NCBI RefSeq assembly: GCF_009914755.1 | Contig: NC_060926.1 | Direction: 5' to 3' (one strand) | Source: the human T2T-CHM13v2.0 reference genome, Homo sapiens | DNA length: 64,000 bases | Shown here: positions 17,247-36,529 of the stretch, piece after piece | Position numbering within the stretch: the first letter of the stretch is position 1 | Layout of the letters: each line of letters starts with the position of its first letter | Made by a program: the position numbers and the translations under genes | Notes under the pieces: generated by a model | Database searches by the model: none | What the model saw: only the letters and a program-made list of their open reading frames with translations | What the model was told of the DNA's origin: nothing

Positions 17247-18135
17247 GAAACACTACTTAGGTATCTTTCTATCTCCCACAGCACCTAACAGTACTTTGCA
17301 CATAGCTAGCCTATTACCAAACATCTTAAATAAATTGCAAATTTGACTCTCCTTACAACCATAACATAATATAGCACACATATGTTTCAGTCAATCTAAC
17401 CTATCTGCTTTTCTCAAAGGACTTGCTATTAATAGAGCCCCCTTCCTGGTCCTTGATTTCTGCTCATCCCTTGAATACCCATCTCCCCTCTCTTTAGTAA
17501 ATCTTACTACTAATTTGCATCTCAAAACAATTTACCCAGGAAACCATTCGGATAACCAAAAGAAGCAAATAGATAATCAAAAAAAGCAAAGAGTAGGAGT
17601 CAATAGGTTCTGAGTTATACTACGAAGTGTTCCATATGCCTTATTGATAGCTACTTTTTGTCTCTGTGCTGTCTGAAATGCTTCCTTTTTTCTACTTGTC
17701 CAAACCATCTTTTAAGGGCCCAGCTTAAGCCCTCCCTGTCCTCTTCACCTGGTCATCTTACCATGTATAAACGATAATGGAAAAGAATTATCGTCTGTGG
17801 ACTGTCAGACGATGTGCTAGACATTTCACATACACTACCACCTAACCCTGGCTACACTGGAATGACAGCACTTGCCATCTCTCCACTCATCACACAGTCA
17901 CCTTTCTGAAAGGATATTACCTCATAGAACAGCTTCCTAACTATTCCATATTTTTACATGTGCTCTCTGCCACTAGACTACAATAACCTCAAATATAGGA
18001 ACTATGTCTTCTACTTTATTCTGCACTCATCTTCTTTTCCCTCCACCTTTCCCCTCATCTTTAAAAATATACCCCTCCTATTTCTCAATCTCTTCTCATT
18101 ACTACTGCAATGACTACTAATAAAAGCTACTATTG

Positions 18136-18404
18136 ACCAGGCGCAGTGGCTCACGCCTGTAATCCTAGCACTGTGGAAGGCCAAGGCAGGCAGATCACCT
18201 GAGGTCAGGAGTTTGAGACCGGCCTGGCCAACATGGCAAAACCCTGTCTCTACTAAAACTACAAAAATTAGCCGGGTGTGGTGGCACATGCCTGTAATCC
18301 CTGCTACTTGGGAGGCTGAGGTTTGAGCCCAGGAGGCAGAGGTTGCAATGAGCCGAGATCGTGCCATTGCACTCCAGCCTGGGCGACAGAGTGAGACTCT
18401 GCCT

Positions 18405-18435
<31 letters not shown>
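18136..18435 (+). mobile_element. AluS
   Basis: Alu with TSD AAAAGCTACTATT. Confidence 0.92.
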
Positions 18436-18439
<4 letters not shown>

Positions 18440-18673
18440 CTATTTATAATGGCTTGCACTGAGCAGACACTCTAAGTGTTTTACATTTGATTTCATCCTT
18501 ACAACAATCCCATAAGGTAGTTATCATTTCCCTGTTTCACAGAGGAGGAAGTGGGCTTAGAGAGCTTAAGCAACTTGCTCTCTCACATTCCTATGAGCCT
18601 TGATCCATAAAACATCACTATGGACTCCCACAACTTTAACATCCCCCACTGTGTTTCTTTTCATCCTTAACTG

Positions 18674-19215
18674 CTGTGGCAGTTTATACTGTGTCAACCT
18701 GGTTACATCCAAACTACATTTCCCAGAATCCTCTTTCCATAGGGTAGGTGGCCCAAAGAGCAAAAGACTTTCTGAAGAGTATGGTTAGATAGAGCTGCAG
18801 TTGCCAGCCGACTGCGCAGCTCTCCTCTGCTCTGTATACAGCTCCTCTTCTTGATTGCCAACCCTGCTGACCAAACAGCAACCCCAGGTTCACCACCAAA
18901 AGCTTGACTGAGGACCACAAAAGAGGCAGCTACACAGAGGTGACAACTCTCCACAGACTTTTCACCAGCTCCAGTGTGTGGTCCCACTCCAGTAGCTGGG
19001 CATACCTGGCTTCTCAGATTCACCTGTAAACGCTGAGCTGACCACTGCACAACTGCTTCAAAGAGGCTGAATAGTAGCTTTTCTCTGACCTGCCCTACAG
19101 ACTCTGACTTCTGGAGTTTCTCCCACAGCTGTATGAAGTCCTATTCCTTTCCTAAATCCCTTATTCCATAATATCATAGTAGCTCTGTTTTCTTGATTGA
19201 GCCCTTAAATGATTC
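18674..19215 (+). mobile_element. ERVL solo LTR (LTR33-like)
   Basis: tgtggcagtttatactgtgtcaac...actacatttcccagaat start, ...ctgttttcttgattgagccct..gattca end. Confidence 0.65.
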
Positions 19216-20128
19216 AAGTACTCAAGCTTCCTCCCAATCTACTGACCAAGAAATCTCTGCAGCTTTCCCTCTGAGATCTTCTTGCATATATAACAAAATC
19301 TACATCATTTGGTCTCCAATTTGACTGCTTCCAAACAAACCTTGTTTTATCAGTTCTGCACTGTCCTCCTTTGCTTCCAAGGAACAAGTAACCCTCATTC
19401 CAAAAAAGTCGTATCTCACTACTTGATCCTCCCATTTGCAAAAAGCAATATTTAATGGAGAGAATACTAGAGTGGGTAACAGATTAACAAACGTCAATAC
19501 CAATTTATTAACTAAGAACAAGATTAGCTAAAAACACTCCAGGGTTAGCCAGGTGTGGTCGTGTATGCCTGCAGCCCCAGCTACTCAGGAGGCTGAGGTG
19601 GGAGGATCCCTTGAGCCCAGGAGTTTGAGTACAGCCTGGGCAACATACAAAAACCCTATCTCTGGAAAAAAAAAAAAAAAACCCAACAAAACAAAACAAA
19701 AAGAATACTCAGAGGATACGTGTATGCTTTAGTTAGAAATGTGAAGATTGAGAAAGGAAGAACAAGAAATAAAAAATTCTGAGAAGAAAAATATTTCGTG
19801 ATGTATAGTTTGTCCCAAAATGTGTTTTTCCCCCCATTTGAAGTAAGGAAGCTTCACTTTTTTATATAATCATTTTGGGCTTATCCAAGTGTCTCCCTGA
19901 ATTATTTTTCGGTTGCTACTGGGCATAAAGGAAGACTGTATGTACAATTTTTCCAATACTTTTTTTCCTTCTCCAAAAAGATCTTCACCCCACTCCCTAC
20001 CTTTTTGGCTAACATATTTCCAAAAATGTATTTTATTAGTCTTGGTTCTCCACTCATAACATGAGAATAATTCTGTTCTCTGTTATTTTCTAAGGCTCAA
20101 TGCTTACTATTCTGGAGTTCATTACTAA

Positions 20129-20418
<290 letters not shown>

Positions 20419-20794
20419 TAACAGCTTGGGGGTGAAGTCAAAAGAATGCAGCCATGTACTGATCACAGACTGGTTGGATTAATGTCACATCATCTCTAAA
20501 AGTAGATTTTTATCAATCTAAGGCTGAGCAACCCTCTACTTATCTTGTTTCCTTATAGTATCTGAGCAACTAAGAAGTTTTGTAAATACTGTCTGACATA
20601 TGTATATTATACAATAAGATATTATTAACTTTAAAAAGGAGTTAACAGGTTACTTTAAAATGCCTAATCAGAATATACATTAAAGCCATCATATGAAACA
20701 TAATGTTGATCTATCTCTCCTTAAACTGAATCAGGAGACATTAGGTCTCATTTCCCTATCACATTAGAATAAAATACTTTGGATTAAAACTCCA

Positions 20795-21145
<351 letters not shown>

Positions 21146-21226
21146 TCAAATAATGATAATGAAACACATCTAAACACGTCTAAGTCACAAATCTAAAATA
21201 AAATATGACTTAGGAGCATCCAACTA

Positions 21227-22608
<1,382 letters not shown>

Positions 22609-22633
22609 TATTATTACAAAACAGCAAATAATA

Positions 22634-22777
22634 GGCTGGGCGCGGTGGCTCACGCCTGTAATCCCAGCACTTTGGGAGGCCGAGGCGGGCGGATCACGAG
22701 GTCAGGAGATCGAGACCCTCCTGGCTAACATGGTGAAACCCCGTCTCTACTAAAAAAAAAAAAAAAAAAAAAAAAAA
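22634..22777 (+). mobile_element. AluY left monomer only, with poly(A)
   Basis: AluY diagnostic gatcgagacc..cctggctaaca; tail follows directly after TCTACT; TSD AAAACAGCAAATAA. Confidence 0.88.
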
Positions 22778-22929
22778 CAGCAAATAAACAAGTAAAAAAT
22801 GACTTCATCTTAGATTGGAGATCTCTTCCCAAAGACTAATAAGAAATAGTATTGACTCACATTTTTCCCACTGGCTTCCATTTAATGATTTTCAAAATTA
22901 ATTTTCAAAAACTTTTCCACAGAAAACAC

Positions 22930-23156
22930 TGTCTCCGTGGGAGGGCTGTTCACAAATACTTGTTTTTATCCTTCTGGGCATATGGAAAGATTAAATTTCC
23001 CCATCCTGTTTATATCCCAAGTACAGTCAAGAGTCTTCCTTTGGCCAGAGCTGGTGGGTGAAAGTGGTGAATGTTTCTAGGTAAAAGCTTTAAAAGCCAG
23101 AGTGTAGTCTGATATGGTCTCTTTTCTCTCTTAACTAATTAACCAGTAATGTTCCG
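22930..23156 (+). mobile_element. MLT1I/J-like LTR, left part (continues at 29852-30045)
   Basis: aagctttaaaagccag...aatgttcc | ...ggctgctcc...gttgttttaagccactgagatattggggtt; continuous across the provirus. Confidence 0.65.
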
Positions 23157-23654
23157 TGTAGGAGATCAGTCAGGGTGGTGGGAAAAATTGTAGAAAGATG
23201 TAAACCTTCTTGGAAGGCTGGAAGGTTTTACAAAAGCTTCGGAAAAAGATTTGGCTGAAGGCAGCCAGATTGTCTTATCTGGTGCCTGAAACTTTAGGTT
23301 AGGTAACAAGGGGATGTAAAGAAACTCATCTAAGTAAGTTAGTTTACTTAGACCATGGAACCTGGCCTAAATCATCTGCATGCAAGACTAGCGGGGGGTG
23401 GGGGTGGGCGCAGCACGACCATGTGAATTCCCCACAAGTGTGTTGACTCAAGACCTTTGTCATTAAATCTATACTGAATAAATGCCCGCAGCGCAAGCAC
23501 AGGCTTGTCAGGGCCTCAGCCGCTGACTCTTTATACACCCTCCTCAGTGTCTGTGGGCGGCCCAGTCCCCTAGCCCACTCTTTCACTGGCTTCCTGTGTC
23601 TGAGTTCATTTGTTCATCTGTTGTTCAGCCAGGGTCTGCGGGTCGGACCCGGAA
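23157..23654 (+). repeat. 5' LTR (LTR22 family)
   Basis: Direct repeat of 29356-29851; contains AATAAA. Confidence 0.92.
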
Positions 23655-23656
23655 GG

Positions 23657-23674
23657 TAGAGCCCTGTGTGAGGA
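23657..23674 (+). promoter_or_regulatory. Primer binding site, tRNA-Met
   Basis: TAGAGCCCTGTGTGAGGA matches 15/18 of TGGTGCCCCGTGTGAGGA (complement of the elongator tRNA-Met 3' end); Met PBS is characteristic of HML-5. Confidence 0.8.
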
Positions 23675-23796
23675 ATGCTGCAACAGATCACAACAGAACC
23701 CTTGAAAATGAAGGTGAAAAAACTGCGGTCAGTAAGTCACTGTTGCCTGCTCTGAATTTCCAAGTTCGAGGGAATTGCTCAGGCTAGGGTTTCATC

Positions 23797-25240
23797 AAGG
23801 GACAACAGTTATCAGCTCAACAGAAACAGTATATAAAAGTATTTAAAAAGCTGCTTAAAGCTAGTGGAGCCTGGGTTTCACAGGCTCAATTAAGGGACCT
23901 AATGCAAACTGTTGTATCCCATAACCCATGGTTCCTGGAAGAAGGTACACTAGCCATAGAGCTCTAGGAACAAGTGGGGAGAAATCTTAAACATCATGCA
24001 CAAGGACAACAGGTCCCAGTAACATCTTTAACATTATGGGCTTTAGTTAGGGCAGCTCTGGCCCCGTTATACACAGAAGAGCCTAAAAAGGGGAGGGAGG
24101 AGGAACCATCATCTACCTTACTGCCTCCTTATCCCTCAGCCCCGCTATCACCGGGCCAAAATAACAAAGAGGAAACGGAGGTTTTGCCTGAGCCCCCTCC
24201 TCCAATAAACTAGAAGAAAAGACAAGGGATATGCTACAGCTGGGGGACCCTGTCTTAAGCAAGTGGCATTAGAAGGGGAGCTCTTAGCCTGCCCAGTAAT
24301 GCAAGAACGACAATGCAATCAGGTACATGAACCCATTTCTTTTAATGCTTATAAAAAGCTAAGAAAAAGCATTAAAGAAAACAGAGCCGCTAGCCCATTT
24401 CCTTACGAAAGGAATGACTGAAGCCTTGGCAGACAACTTCCGTATGACCCCATGGGACTGGTCAGTGCTAGCTAAAACAACTTTGGAGGCCAGCCAGTAC
24501 CTCCTCTAGAGGGCAGAATACGATGAGTTGTGCGAACAACAAGCCAACCAGAACGAGGTGGCCGTGCAAGATGTAACAGCTGCTATGCTCCAGGGGAGGC
24601 GTCCCCATGCCGATGTACAACAACTAATTTTGATCCCCAGGCCTATGCACAAGTGTCTTTGTGCGCTCTCGGGGCTTGGGACAGAATTTCCAAAAGCAGA
24701 GATCAACAGGGATCTTTTATAAATGTTCGACAAGGGCCTCAGGAGCCATTTGTTGAATTTATCAATCGTTTAACCCAGGCAATTAAGAGACAAATTAGTC
24801 ACACCCAGGACTGATATCTTGTTACAATTGGCTTATAAAAACGCTAATGTGGATCGCCAACAAGCAATGCATGCAATCAGAGGAAAGGCAGCCACAGTCA
24901 GGGAACTTACACAAGCATGTCAACTGGTGGGGACTGAAACACACAAAGCCAAAATATTGGCTATGGCATTAAGGCCTCCTAAAGTGAAAAGGGAGGGAAA
25001 CCCAAATTGTTTTCTATGTGGAGAGGCAGGTCATATGAAGAGGGAATGTCCCAATAATAGAGACCAAGGTAACTCAGGAAAAGAACCCCCTTCTATATGA
25101 CTGCAATGTAAAAAGGGGAAACATTGGGCAAATCAATGCAAGTCCAAATTTGATAAAAACGACAACTCCGTAAGTAACCAGGCGGGAAACTTCATGAGGG
25201 GCTGACCCCAGGCCCTGCTGCAAACTGGGGCAATGTCAGT
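23797..25240 (+). pseudogene. gag: HML-5 gag (disrupted)
   Basis: Start appears mutated (AAG GGA CAA CAG TTA); MHR-like VRQGPQEPFVEFINRL; CCHC knuckle CFLCGEAGHMKREC; stops and frameshifts; slippery GGGAAAC at 25184-25190. Confidence 0.9.
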
Positions 25241-25968
25241 GGCTTTCCTCTGTCAGATGGAAAGCCCACAGTCCTCTCTCTCAGAGCAACCACCACTGGG
25301 AGCGCAAGACTGGACTTACTCTGCCCCGATGAATTAGTGCTAAAAGAAGGAGAAGACACTAAAAGGGTTGCAACCGGGATCTGGGGCCCACTGCCTCTGG
25401 GAACAGTGGGATTAGTCCTAGGGCAATCTAGCCTATCCAGTAAAGGAATCAATGTGCTCACTGGGGTAACTGATAGTGATTATTGAGGTGAGATACTAGT
25501 TATGATGGAATGTAAAGGTCTGCATATTTCTTCCCCCGGGATCAAAGACAGCTCTGTTACTGCTTTTACCATACTGGGTCCCCAATGCCCAGAAAGGGGG
25601 AAAGGGACGTTTTGGAAGCACAGGAGCCACAAAAGTACACTGGAATCAATTAATCACTAACCAGAGACCCATGATCACCTTAAAAATTGGAAATAAGAAT
25701 TTTACTGGCTTATTGGACACACGGATGGATATTTCAAACATTAATGATCAAAACTAGCCAGAAACTTGTCCTTGGGTCACTCAGAAACAAAAAATTGTTG
25801 GCATTGGGGAAGCACACACAGCCAAGCAGAGCACGTGCCCCCTAACCTGTTGCGATTCAGAGGTAAGAAAGGCAGTTATACAACCTCAACTCATGCCCTT
25901 CCCTGTTAACCTTTGGGGACGGGACCTATTAGCCCAATGGGGGGGTCACTCTGCAGACCTCTTTCTAA
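25190..25968 (+). pseudogene. pro: HML-5 dUTPase-protease (disrupted)
   Basis: dUTPase motifs ATTGSARLDL, LVLGQSS, GVTDSDY*GE, FGST; protease LLDT(R)MD and LWGRDLL. Confidence 0.85.
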
Positions 25969-25969
25969 T

Positions 25970-29340
<3,371 letters not shown>

Positions 29341-29355
29341 CAGAAAAGGGAGAGA

Positions 29356-29851
29356 TGTAGGAGATCAGTCAGGGTGATGGGAAAAACTGTAGGAAGATGC
29401 AAACCTTCTTGGAAGGCTGTAAGGTTTTTACAAAAGCTTCGGAAAAAGATTTGGCTGAAGGCAGCCAGATTCTCTTATCCGGTGCCTGACAGTTTAGGTT
29501 GATAAAAAGGGAATGTAAAGAAACTGATCTAGATAAGTTTACTTAGACCTTGGAACCTGGCCTTTAATCATCCACGTGCAGGACTACTGGGGTGGGAGGG
29601 TGGGAAGGGGGGGAGCGCAACCATGTGAACTGCCCACCAGTGTGTTGACTCAAGGCCTTTGTCATTAAATCTATACTGAATAAATGCCGGCAGCGCAGGC
29701 TTGTCAGGGCCGCAGCTGCTGACTCTTTACAGCACCCTCCTTGGTGTCTGTGGGTGGCCTGGTCCCCTAGCCCGCTCTTTCACTGGTTTCTGGTGTCTGA
29801 GTGCACTTGTTCATCCATCATTCAGCCAGGGTCTGCGGGTTGGACCCAGCA
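29356..29851 (+). repeat. 3' LTR (LTR22 family)
   Basis: TG...CA, preceded by PPT and followed by TSD. Confidence 0.92.
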
Positions 29852-30062
29852 GTTCCGTACAGGGGCTGCTCCCATGTGAGGTCCCAAAGTGGGACCCAAA
29901 GTAAGGATGACAAAAATGTTGAGCTGAGCCCCCAGCTGACCCTCAATGAATACATGGTATGAGCAAAACATACACCTTCTGTTGTTTTAAGCCACTGAGA
30001 TATTGGGGTTTTTGTTCACAGCCTACTCAGAATAATAGTCTACAACTAGTTAAAAATCATGC

Positions 30063-30357
30063 TGATGCTGTGCATGGTGGCTCACACCTATAATCCCAGC
30101 ACTTTGGGAGTCTGAGACAGGAGGATCGCTTGAGCCCAGGTGTTCAAGACCAGCCTGAGCAATACAGAGACCCTACCTCTACAAAAATTTAAAAATTAGT
30201 TGGGTATAATGGTGTGCCTGTAGTCCCAGCTACTCAGGAAGCTGAGGTGGGAGGAATGCTTGAGTCTGGGAGGTCGAGGATGCAGTGAGCAGTGATCCTG
30301 ACACTGCACTCCAGCCTGAATGATAGAGCGAGATCCTGTCTCAAAAAAAAAAAAGAA
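30063..30357 (+). mobile_element. AluJ-like
   Basis: Alu consensus; TSD-like aaatcat. Confidence 0.88.
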
Positions 30358-30886
30358 ATCATACTGAAAATACCCAATGTTCACTCTATTCATTTTAAGA
30401 AATTAAAATAAATACTTTAACTATGGACATTAAACTCTCCCATATTACTTCTCTTAGAGATCAGAAAAATGAACCCACTTCCCATAAAATTTATTTAAAA
30501 TAGACGAGTTTATTGTCATCCCACTGAAAAGTATATGTAATACAAATAAAGAAATAATTCTAGTTTACTCAAATATTTATCAGAACTCTGACTTAGCAAT
30601 TATAAAAAAATGTGGGCAATTATAAAAGCAATTACAAAAGCTATTTAGAATAGCATCTAAATTTCAGTGGTTTTTTTTTTTTTTAAACTACATTGGCCCT
30701 AGCCCCAGAAGATTCCAGTGCACACATTCATCACAGAGAATATATGTATTCCAGTGCGTATAGTCATTATAGAGAATGATGAATATAATGAGAATATGAG
30801 CAATGTGGAGGCAGTGGGAATGTTAGGAACCTTTGCTCTAACTGGAAGAGCCACACAAAATCCCAACTGCACTATGTGACTCTGAG

Positions 30887-30935
30887 CCTTACCTGTAAAA
30901 TCAGAAAAATATGATATACCATAGTTATTAAGTTT
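30887..30935 (-). other. Candidate recursive splice site (3'ss fused to 5'ss)
   Basis: Minus strand CTTAATAAC...TATCATATTTTTCTGATTTTACAG|GTAAGG. Confidence 0.3.
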
Positions 30936-32029
30936 AAAAATGTAATATGAATTTTCTGGCACACAGTAGACAATCAAATATTATCTCTGCTTCCTAAGAT
31001 ACGGTTTGAAATTTGTAGAAAATTGTATGATAGCTTCAATGCCAGAAGACATGTCTTTATAAAACAGGAAGAGAAAGCCAAATGGGAGGCTAGGCTGAGA
31101 TGCAAGACAAAGACAACGTGAAAAAGGAAATGGGTGAAATCTAGGACTACCAAGATAATACAGATTCAACTGCAGAATAAAATACTTGCCCAGGAGCCAG
31201 AGGTTGCAGTGAGCTGAGATCACACCACTGCCTTCCAGCCTGGACAACATAGAGAGACCTTGTCTCAAAACAAACAATAACAGCAACAAAAACTGTGAGA
31301 CAAAAAATATTTTTAATAGATACTAGAGGGAATAAGGAAAAGAACTACTGATGTGGCTACAGAGATTAAACCTAAGAAGCTTTACCAGAATGCAAAGATA
31401 CTGAGAGAAGATGACAGACATGGAAAATGGAGATCTAAAAAACTACACATCCTCAAGGAACCAGAATACAAAGAAAAACCAAAGGTACAAATTTTAAAAA
31501 CTTGAAAGAGCTGAAACAAAACTGGTACATTATTATTACGTAGTGCTGAATCCTTTGTTTAAATATCTGTATAATACTTTCTCAATTACTCAGAGATACT
31601 AGAAAGCAAGGCAACAATATTTTCTCTTATCCAACATCCTTAACAAACTAATTTGGCAAATTAAACAACACTCTCCATTCTCTCCAACAAATTACTGAAC
31701 ATTCACCACTAGTGAAGCTTACTTTTTATCAAACCAATACATTTATGTTCCCATCAACTTACCGAAAATTAGTTATATTTATAATTTACAGTTTGTAACA
31801 TAATTTTTTATGATAAAATAACATTCAGTTTAAATATTATATAAATCAGTAAAATTGTAAATATGAAGAGTTGATTCTATAAAAATGAACCTGAATTTTA
31901 GAAAAACTCAACAGCTAGTCACAAAAACTGTTAAATCAGGTACAGGTGAATCAACTGTAAAAGACTAGGAGGAAAAAATCATACGTCTCTAGATGGATCA
32001 TATACTCAGACTGCTTTACATCTATATGG

Positions 32030-32403
32030 TTTTTGTGTTTGTTTGTTTTCTGGGTTTTTCTGTTTTTGAGATGGGGTCTCACTCTGTTACCCAGACCGGA
32101 AAGCAGCGGCATGATCACTCCTCACTGTAGCCTGGACCTCCTGGGCTCAAGCAATCCTCCCACCTCAGCCTTTTGAGTAATCCTCCCACCTCAGCCTTTT
32201 GAGTAGCTGGAACTACCGGCGTGTGTGCTATCACGTCTGGCTAATTTTGTGGGGTTTTTTGTTGTTTTTTTTTTTTTTTTTTTTGGAGAGACAGGGTTTC
32301 CTCATGTTGCCTAGGCTGGTCTCAAACTCCTGGGCTCCAGCGACCCACCCACCTTGGCCTCCCAAAGGGTTGGGATTACAGGCATGAGCCATGGTGCCTG
32401 GCC
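32030..32403 (-). mobile_element. AluJ with internal 26-bp tandem duplication
   Basis: aatcctcccacctcagccttttgagt x2 at ~32153-32204. Confidence 0.85.
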
Positions 32404-34839
32404 TCTATGTTTTCTTAAACAAAATAAACATTTAAGGTAGAATGTATCATTTGTATTCCCCTTATATTAATAACTTTTTTAAATTTAATAAATACTACCT
32501 CCCAATCACATTAAATAAGAGAGCTGCTTTGTACATCAAAATAGACAGAATCTATGTGGATTATGAGAGATTTTTACAATAACTGATAATGTTTTTGGAA
32601 TACTTATTATATGCTAGGCACCGTCCTAAACATATTATCTCACTTAAACCTCATTTAAAAACCCCATGAATTAGACACTATACCCCAATTTTACAGAGGA
32701 GTGAGGCTTAGAGAGTGAAGCTCAGACTCACACTCAGGTCTAGATCCCAAGCTCATAATCTTAGCTATTCACTACCTTTATTTTCTTTATCTTTTCTGTA
32801 TTTTAAAGTTTTCTTCAATACACATTATAAGCACAGTCGGTTAACGTATAAGGTTTGTTAACTTAGTTCAACTGTTGATGACTCTTCAAGGCCTTCTGGA
32901 AATACCATCTCCACTCTGGTACACAGCTGGTACTCAATGAATTATATAGTATTATATAAATGTCAAAGAATGTTTTTATATTGCTTGATGAAAGATATAT
33001 TACACATCTAATTTTCTCATTGCCCTGATAAAGCAAGAAAAGCAGCATGTTAGGAGCACGTATTCTAGAGCCAGGCTGCCTGAGTTCAAGTCCTAGCTCC
33101 ACCACAGACAAGATGTGTGAACCTAAGCAAGTTGCTTATTGTCCCTGTGCTTCAGTTCCCTCATCTGCACTACAGATATAGTAACAGTAACTAATTCCAC
33201 TGGGTTGTTGTAGGGATTAAATGAATTAAAATCTTAAAAGCAGTACTGAAATCAGTGCCTAGAACATAGAAAATTACATTTAACTAAAGTAAAACCAGTA
33301 TCTCGTGGGAGAAAAAAAGAAACAAAGGAAACTCAACCAGTAAATTCAAACCAAAACTTCTGTAAATCATCAATGATTTTGGGAGGCATCACCTTTTAAG
33401 TAATCTTACAGCACTGCAAAAGGAGATCCCTGCTGTCTGCACTGTGCTAGGTACTGGAGTACCAAACAACAAAACGCTGCCTCTGTTCTTGATGAGCTAA
33501 CTTACTACTGAACGACACATCAATGATTATAGTGCAATGTGGCAAGTACAATGGTAGAGGCAAGTGTGCACAGAGTGCTCTAGGAGCATTCTCAGTGACA
33601 ATAAAGGGACCTAATTTGAGAATGATCCAAAGAATACCGATAAAATATATTAAACTATTCTTTTGTCATTATTAACTATTAAAGTTCACACTAAATGACT
33701 AACCACACAAATGGAAAAAATTCCAAAGTTTATAAACCTCGTAGTGCTTTTTAAATTTATGGTACTATGAATCTCAAACAAATAATTGTTGACCACTTGT
33801 AAGAAAACCAGTAAGCTAGTGACAGTAGGGAATCTAAAGATTCTAACCCTATCCTCCTATTAGTTGGGAAGGCAAGGTATAAACAACAACAACAAAGTAA
33901 GAGTTAAGACCTAATCTTAACTCTTTAACCTAAGAGTTAAGTAACAATAAAGGCAACAATACAAGAAATATTACAAAGCAACCATGTAATTAACTACCAA
34001 GAGAAATATAGTCAACCAATGTTCCAAATCAATCCCAGGAATATCCAAGACAAAAGACAAACTTAACATTTCTTGTTAAGTGTGTGTAGATATAGATATA
34101 TAGATACATCTCACACAACACTTTGAGAATAAGAGGAAAGGTTTTTTAAGTTCAATTTTGTATTACATACATTTGATTTACTTATAACTGGCTTCATAAA
34201 AATGAAGTTCACTACAAACATATCTCATCAGAAATTCATTCTTTATTCATAAATGTTTACTAAAGCAATCACTATGAAATAAGAACATGCAGTAAAGTTT
34301 AAAAATTTATCCTTCTTTTTTTCCTGATTTTTGATACAGGGTCTTGCTATGTTGCCCAGGATGCCCTCCAACTCCTGGGCTAAAGGGATTCTCCTGCCTT
34401 AACCTCCTGAGTAGTTGAGGCATGCACCACACAGCCCAGCTCAAAAATTTGTAATTCTTAAACTTCATATAATGGTAGGAATGATCTTCTGACTCTCAAT
34501 CCAGTGTTCCTCCCATTACATCAGAAAATAGACAATTTTCTCAAAATGTATTTTAGTAGATCCACCCTTCCTTTATATTGTATTTCTGGGTTATTCTTGT
34601 GCAGTAGATGTTATCTAAGAAAAATTTAAATGCACTTCTTAAGAGTACAGAAGACCAGCATTGAGTTATTCCCATTTTTCAAGCCAGGTTTCTTATAAAA
34701 TTCGTAACAAACGATACTTTGAATACTTTGTTAAAATCTTTAAAATCCACAAAATCAGATTCTGATTAACCTAGCTGGATATTTTTTAATTCCTGTGATT
34801 TGTTTCCATCTATAGACCAACAAACATTTATTAACACTG

Positions 34840-35594
34840 AAATTTAAAAGTTAGCCTGACAAGGATCAGCAAAAGATACCACAACTATTAGGTAAAAGAT
34901 CACTGGAGAACAGGCTAGCATTACAGTGCTAATTTATCATGCCACAGATTACTTGCTGACTGCAGTGAGAAAAATATACCTCACCTTACTCCTCTCAACC
35001 AAGCAATCAAACTTAGTATCACAAATAATGGGACTGCACAGTGTACGTCTCCTAATGGGAGGCATATAAAATATATTAAATCACTTATTAGGTATTCTTG
35101 TCCAAAATGTTGAAATTAAAACTAATCGACCCTTTAAATCTAGTTTACACTTAACAACTGGTATGGGGGAATACAGGAACAAGCTGTGGAATCTGACAAA
35201 TCGAGAATATGAGTCACTTTATAAGACAACTGTCTTGATCTCTTAAAAAAAATCATTGTCATTTTTAAAGGGTGTAAGAGGTGAGACTGCTGTAGACTAT
35301 AAGAGATCAAAAAGCCTTAACAACTAAATGCAATGAATAAACTTTGATGAAATCCTGATTTGGTGGGGATGGGTGTACAAACCACAAATGACAATTCAGT
35401 ACGAATGAGATGTAAATATGGATATATATTAGAGTATATGAAAGAAGTATCGCACCTAAGAAAAGTAACAATAATGGTATTTTGGCTATGTAAGAAAATG
35501 TCCTTAACTTTAGGAGATGCATGTGACATATTGAGAGGTAAAATGTCATAATGTCCATAGCTTAGTTTCAAAGAGTTCAGCTGAAAATAATATA
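34840..35594 (+). mobile_element. L1MC/L1ME 3' UTR, continuing at 38819-38945 after Tigger1 copy B
   Basis: ...tcaaagagttcag..aaaataatata | tacatg..gataaagcaaatatggcaa...tttactatt is continuous. Confidence 0.65.
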
Positions 35595-35721
35595 CAAGTA
35601 TATCTCATTTTATTGAGCTTCATTTTATTCTGCTTCACAGTGTTTTTTAAAAAAAGATATCTGGAAGTGTTTATTTCTCCTTTATTTTTGAAATATATAG
35701 TTCCAGGATCTAGAATTCTAG

Positions 35722-36093
<372 letters not shown>

Positions 36094-36133
36094 TGATAGG
36101 GGTTGCCTTCAATCTGCAGATTGCTTTGAGTAG

Positions 36134-36529
36134 TGTATTAGGCCATTCTTGCATTGCTCTTAAGAAAAACCTCAGGCTTGGTAATTTATAAAGAAGAGAG
36201 GTTTAATTGGCTCACGGTTCAGCAAGCTGGACTGGAAGCATGGTGCTGGCACCTGCTTGGCCTCTGGTGAGGTCTCATGACATAAGGCAAAGTGGGAGCA
36301 AGGACCTCACTTGGCAAGAGCAGGAGCAAGTGAGAGAGTGGAGAGATGCCACACATTTTTAAACAACCAGATCTCACATGAACTTGCTCATCATCAAGGG
36401 GACGCTGCTAAGCCATTCATGAGGCACCCACCCCCATGATCCAGTCACCTCCCACCAGGCCCCACTTCCAACACTGGGGATTGCATTTCAACATGAGACT
36501 TGGAGGAGACAAATAAACAACCCATATCA
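36134..36529 (-). mobile_element. MST solo LTR inside an antisense L1MA fragment (36079-36914)
   Basis: tgtattaggccattcttgcattgct...cccatatca. Confidence 0.85.

Noticed and set aside
18712-18730. ZNF143-like motif ACTACATTTCCCAGAAT
   Set aside because: Appears to be part of the LTR consensus; no independent sign of function.
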